Assembly: GCA_973895155.1 (NCBI GenBank)
Contig: OZ316894.1
Location: forward strand, 26,836,240-26,900,239
Reading direction: 5' to 3'
From: Marsupella aquatica
Taxonomy: Eukaryota; Plantae; Marchantiophyta
DNA length: 64,000 bases
Shown here: positions 59,533 through 64,000 of the stretch, piece by piece
Numbering within the stretch: the stretch's first letter is position 1
Layout: the number at the start of each line of letters is the position of its first letter
Program-made: the position numbers and the translations under genes
Notes under the pieces: model-generated
The model's input: only the letters and a program-made list of their open reading frames with translations
Database searches by the model: none
What the model was told of the DNA's origin: nothing

Positions 59533-60534
59533 AACGCTTTATTAAAGGGTGCAATTTATGTCAACGGGCTGGCACCCCGAGAAAAGCCCACAATCACCCA
59601 CTCACCTCCGTACTTCCACTCGCACCATTTGAGAAGTGGGGCATTGATTATATCGGGCCCTTCACTCCGGTTACTCGCAAACGCAGGTGCAGGTATATCC
59701 TACTAGCCATAGACTACTCCACCAAATGGGTGGAAGCGCGGGCAACAGTGAAGGATGATGCCGCTACCATCGCCAAATTCTTGTATGAGCAGATCTTCAC
59801 TCGCTTCGGACCCCCCTTGGAGTTAGTCAATGATCGGGGAACGCATTTCATCAATGAAATTGTAGAGCGCCTTACAAAACGGTACCTGGTCAAGCACCGC
59901 AAGACCACCCGTACCATCCGAAGGCCAACGGACTAATAGAGAGGGCGAATGGCATCATTGGAAAGATCCTCAACAAAACGGTTGTTGCGCACAAAACAGA
60001 TTGGGATGACAAATTATACGCAATTGTGTACTCATACAACTTGGCCTACAAGACTACTACCAGTCATAGTTCGTACTTTCTCGTGTTCGGGCAACACTCA
60101 TTAGTGCCGGTCGAGTTTGAAATTCACACACCACGGGCAAGTATTCGGGATCGCTTACCCGAGCCCGAAAGTTCTTCGGACAGAGGTTACCAGATTGAAG
60201 CATTAGAGAAAGCCCGGACACTAGCTACCTGACATGCATTGAAGCAATAGGCAGTTTCCAAGAAGCAGCACGACAAAGGACTATGGAAGGTCAACGTCGT
60301 AACAGGCGACCTTGTCCTTTTGTACGATAGCAGGTACATGCGATTTCCCTGAAAGCTGCATACTTGCTGGTTGGGACCTTTCCTTTTCAGCCAAATTTAC
60401 CCGAACGGCTCCATTGAGCTCTCAACGTACGTCGGCGATTTACTTCCCACACGAGTTAGTTACGATCGTGTGAAGAAGTACCATCATCGAGATGATACCA
60501 CCGATGATGATATTCGCGAGGACGCTTCACAATT

Positions 60535-60547
60535 AAGTAGGGAGCTA
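60535..60547 (+). promoter_or_regulatory. Polypurine tract of the gypsy element
   Basis: aagtagggag-cta immediately before TGTGACGCC; the same motif occurs at about 36890. Confidence 0.75.
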
Positions 60548-63500
60548 TGTGACGCCGCCAATACGGCGGTTAATGAGTGATCCGGCCTAATCCGTGCTTA
60601 GCACGCACTCTATGGACATAGTAGTCCATAATAATTAGCATAATGACACTAAAGTAGGTAGTAATCACGACTAGGACATCATTAGTCAATAAGGAGCATT
60701 TACGCTCAGGCTGGCGGTGGAGCGTCATTCATACCCTTGGGTTTCAGGCGTGTAGGGATGTCCCCTTGGGTCCGTATAAAGACTCAAAGGGGGAGCTCGC
60801 TGACACGCTCTGGCACGGACCTGCGGAGTGGCCGGTACACTGCAAGCATGAAAGGATCGGCCTATCAAAAGGAGGAAGGGGCCGTTCGGCCGAAAGCTCT
60901 CAGGGTAAAAAGGCGGGCCATTCTCTTGTGAAGCACCAGCACTTCACCCGTCGCGCCAACTCCGATCCCAGCTTGCTCATCTATTCCTTAGTCATCCACC
61001 TTTCCCTATATGTCTGTTACTATTATGTCCAGTTTTGCCCTTCGGTTTTGGCTTCAATTTTTATCCATTGGAAATCATTTAGCGAAGTCACTGGCTGAGG
61101 TTTAGGGTTTAGGGTTTAGGGTTTAGGATTTGGCGCTCTCACTATAACGGAGATTTCAGCCTCCCATTCTAGAGCAAGCTTTGTTGTCCCGATGAGATCT
61201 CCGAATACTTCTTCGACGGCCTAAAGTATGTCGGTTTCCAGGAAGCACTCCTTCGGCTTTCGGATAAGGTCTTCACACTCCCGGGCATGATCGACTTACA
61301 ACGACACCACTTTGATCACATCCTCGCCAAAGTCCAGGCTTTCATAGACTATCAGTTTGGTACCGCAACTACGGGGGAGACATCTATCCTGAACCCACTC
61401 GGCTTCCCCGCAGACTTCCTGAATCTTATAGCGCCTCCTCCAGCTACAACCGGCGCCAACTCATCGGTGCCCTGCCAACACCACCTCGGCCTCAGCCAAG
61501 CAGATCTCCACCACCGGTCGCACCACCCCTCCGGGTGCGATCCATGATAAACGCGGTGAACATCAGTTCCGAAGACGAGGAGGCTCACCCTCCCCTGAAC
61601 CGGCGACCACGAGGTGCAAATCAGCATGCGTCGGGCAACCCAGCACCACTCCCGCAAGCCCGGGGGGATAACACGATGACTGTAGCGGCCCCAGCACCAA
61701 CACTTACGGTGGTAGCGTTGCCGCCGCCCGATAGAGAGGATGGGGAAATGTCCCCCTCTTCAAGGCACCCCGGGAACCAGTCCCGGGGTAGGAAGAGAAA
61801 GGAACCCGCAACTGTATCCGGGCTGCCTTTGGCCACAGTTGCGGTGGCCAAGCTGACCATGCATCGCATGGGGGAGAATGTCCACAAGAACATCCTCCAC
61901 CCCAAGCATGCATGCTACCTAAAGACCCAAGGGTTTGAGCACCTCGCCTCTCTCCCTTGGAATGGAAGCAGGTACTACGGGCAGGACATGACGGACTTCA
62001 TCCAGAACTTTGACGAGGCCCGCCAACAAACCCGAGCGCACGGGAGAGTGATGTCTCTCAATGAGGCATGTCTTAAGATGATCTTCGGCCTACCCGAAGG
62101 AATAAATTGGGTGGAATCATGGGCTCCCGGGGGCAAAGGAGCCAAGTATCAGTCCTCTAGCTTCCCGGCCGAGGGAGCAATGGACAACGGATTCTTGATG
62201 AGGACATGCCTCATCCCGAAGGTAGCAGAACGGCTGGAGTTCCAGCGGTACGCCCTCCACATGATGGAACCAAGGGGAAAAATATCCGCCGCCTAGGTCA
62301 TCCAGGTCGAGAACTACCGGCCTAGGAAGTGGGCATCCTTCTTCACCAAGAAGTTCCACGAGGAGATGGAGCAGAGAAGGAAAACTTTGTACCTCAGCGG
62401 GAAGGCATACTTTGCTAGCCATATCAAAATCATCATCGAGTGGTATGCCCGTTTTGACCGCCGAAGCCTCCCTCGTATCAACAAACCCAAGCTGACCCCA
62501 TCGCGGTGGGTACTCCCGGCCCAGGAGAGGCAACCTCAGCCCAAGGCCCAAACTCTGGCGGCCGTGAGACCTACCCTGGCCCCGCAACCAGCCGTTGCCG
62601 CCCCTCTGAATGTACCGGACAATGTGGTTCGTGACCCTAGACGCGATCAACCAGGTCAGCGCGATTGAAGCCGGGCTGGTAGAGGCCGGACCCGAGCCCG
62701 AGACTACAGTGGCGGAGGACGGCCCGCTACCTTCCACGACTGACCAGGAGAGCCGCCCAGCCCCTCTCCCGCCATACTTCAAGGGCTGGACGTCACCACT
62801 CCAACTCCCGCGCGAGTTGAGGTCTGTCCTTGCCCAAACCCGGAGGGGCATAGTCTGGAAAGCCCGAAACTCTTTGCACCGGGCATGTTTTTGAATGGGT
62901 TGTTGGGGGACTTCTCTCAACAAATTGCACGGGATATCGGGGAGTACATTGCAAGGAAGGTGGCCTACTTTTTCAACCAGGAATTGGTTGCAGCCTGCAA
63001 ACAGGGCATGCACAGGCTGAGACTGCGCAGAGAATAGAGCGATATCGGGTTGATTCTGCCTACCTGAAAGACAAAGTGGTAACCCTGGAGACCGAGCTAC
63101 AATATATTGTTGCGACCTCAGGTAACGGCCACTGAGGATCAGGTGGCGAAGCTAGGGCCCGGACATCCTTGGCAGACCAGGCCGAAGCTGGGAAGGACGC
63201 CGAGATTGTACGGCTCCAAACCCAGATTGACGGTTTGAAGGGACAAGCCGTCATCTGGCAAAAGGATGTAGAGGAGGCCGACGCTCGGGCCCAGCGAGAC
63301 ACAGCCGAGATAGACGCCCTGAAGGCGGAAGTGGCACGGCTTCAAGGGGAAGCCACAAAGCAGGCCCAGTTGGTGGATAAGCTGACAAGCGACGCCCAGC
63401 AACTGGAGGAGGCATGCCAGGAAGCCGCGGAGGAGATGGACGCGGCAAAGCGAGAGAACAAATCTCTACTGGACCAGGTCCAGCTCCTCAAAAAGGATGT

Positions 63501-64000
63501 CGATCCGCTCAAAAGACAGCGGGATGGCCGCTCTAAGTCCAACTCTGGCGGATCTAGCAAGTGTGCCAGACATTAGCGGCGGGATAGGTGTAGGATAGAG
63601 TTAGGAATAGGATAGTCAGGCAATAAGGATAAGCGCCAAAACTAGTTAGCGGCGTTGTCCTATCCAACCAACCTTTGTAGTTAGGATCTTAGAATAAGAT
63701 ACGTCATTTTACGGCCTGACAGTTAGCAGAGTTTAGAATTTGGGATAGCTTAGATTCGAGCACGTGGTCGGTCCGGACCCCAACTCTTAGTATTTAGTGC
63801 ACCCCTCGGTAGAGGCAGGGGGATTTTAGTTTCAGAACCAGGTCTCCGCAAGGTGTGCGGGGAGTCTCGACCTTTGTGAGTAAAAGGATGCGAAGGAGGG
63901 AGGGTACGACTAAGCTCGCTGGGTGAGTACGGAGCCGGGCTCCGTTGTAGTGTATGCCGCTCTGCCGTTGGGCCTGTTTACTCAAGAGATGTCGAGTCAA
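60548..64000 (+). mobile_element. 3' LTR (over 3.4 kb, probably runs off the window) with a disrupted PMD-like/coiled-coil ORF
   Basis: Begins TGTGACGCC after the PPT. ORF pieces 61287-61547, 61535-62296, 62366-62668 and 63169-63576. FEHLASLPW...FIQNFDE...LKMIFGLPEG...NGF aligns with LEAFVRLPW...FVGSWEP...IAEVFGLPIG...NGF of the 1121-aa ORF. Confidence 0.8.
61099..61128 (+). repeat. Interstitial telomeric repeat, about 4 x TTTAGGG, inside the LTR
   Basis: ggtttagggtttagggtttagggtttagga. Confidence 0.9.

Larger units (their letters stand above)
54617..60580 (+). pseudogene. Degenerate Ty3/gypsy pol (protease C-half, RT, RNase H, integrase), 5'-truncated, integrase interrupted by an insertion
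   Basis: VLLGWPWL; RT motifs (FLDGYSGYNQI, MPFVLCNAP, FIDDF); RNase H (VYVDVSG, DHDSLKY); integrase (YWWPMLHRDV, FEKWGIDYIGP). Gypsy domain order. Several stops and frameshifts. Confidence 0.93.

Noticed and set aside
62117-63013. 298-aa minus-strand ORF
   Set aside because: Antisense to the GC-rich LTR ORF; the homology signal is on the plus strand.

Overview
Repeat-rich eukaryotic nuclear DNA from a land plant. A bryophyte or other early-diverging lineage is inferred from the intronless PLS-DYW PPR genes and TTTAGGG repeats. Positions 1-33558 are two nested, minus-strand, very large CACTA (En/Spm) transposons. Element A has its terminus CACTAGTAGAAA at 19828 and lies in an intron of the TnpD gene of element B, whose terminus CACTAGAAGAAAA is at 33558. 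Upstream of TnpD both elements carry the same co-oriented accessory cassette: a small Cys-containing protein, a stand-alone EDM2-type PHD module whose N-terminus resembles the histone H3 tail (ARTKHKARK / ARPKIRAKK), a tandem-BRCT protein (element A only), and a hydrophobic-helix/FFAT-like/F-box protein. This is the best candidate for an undescribed system: a possible transposon-encoded chromatin or anti-silencing module. The second unusual feature is a Ty3/gypsy group whose LTR itself encodes a large PMD-like/coiled-coil protein. It appears as a 4.66-kb solo LTR with 5-bp TSD and an intact 1121-aa ORF (10472-15131), a partial copy (33559-34316), and a related 3' LTR that follows the PPT of a degenerate pol (60548 to the end). 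The only host genes are two PPR-DYW RNA-editing factors in a ~6-kb inverted duplication, with changes at base-specifying residues. All domain calls come from motif recognition by eye; no searches were run.
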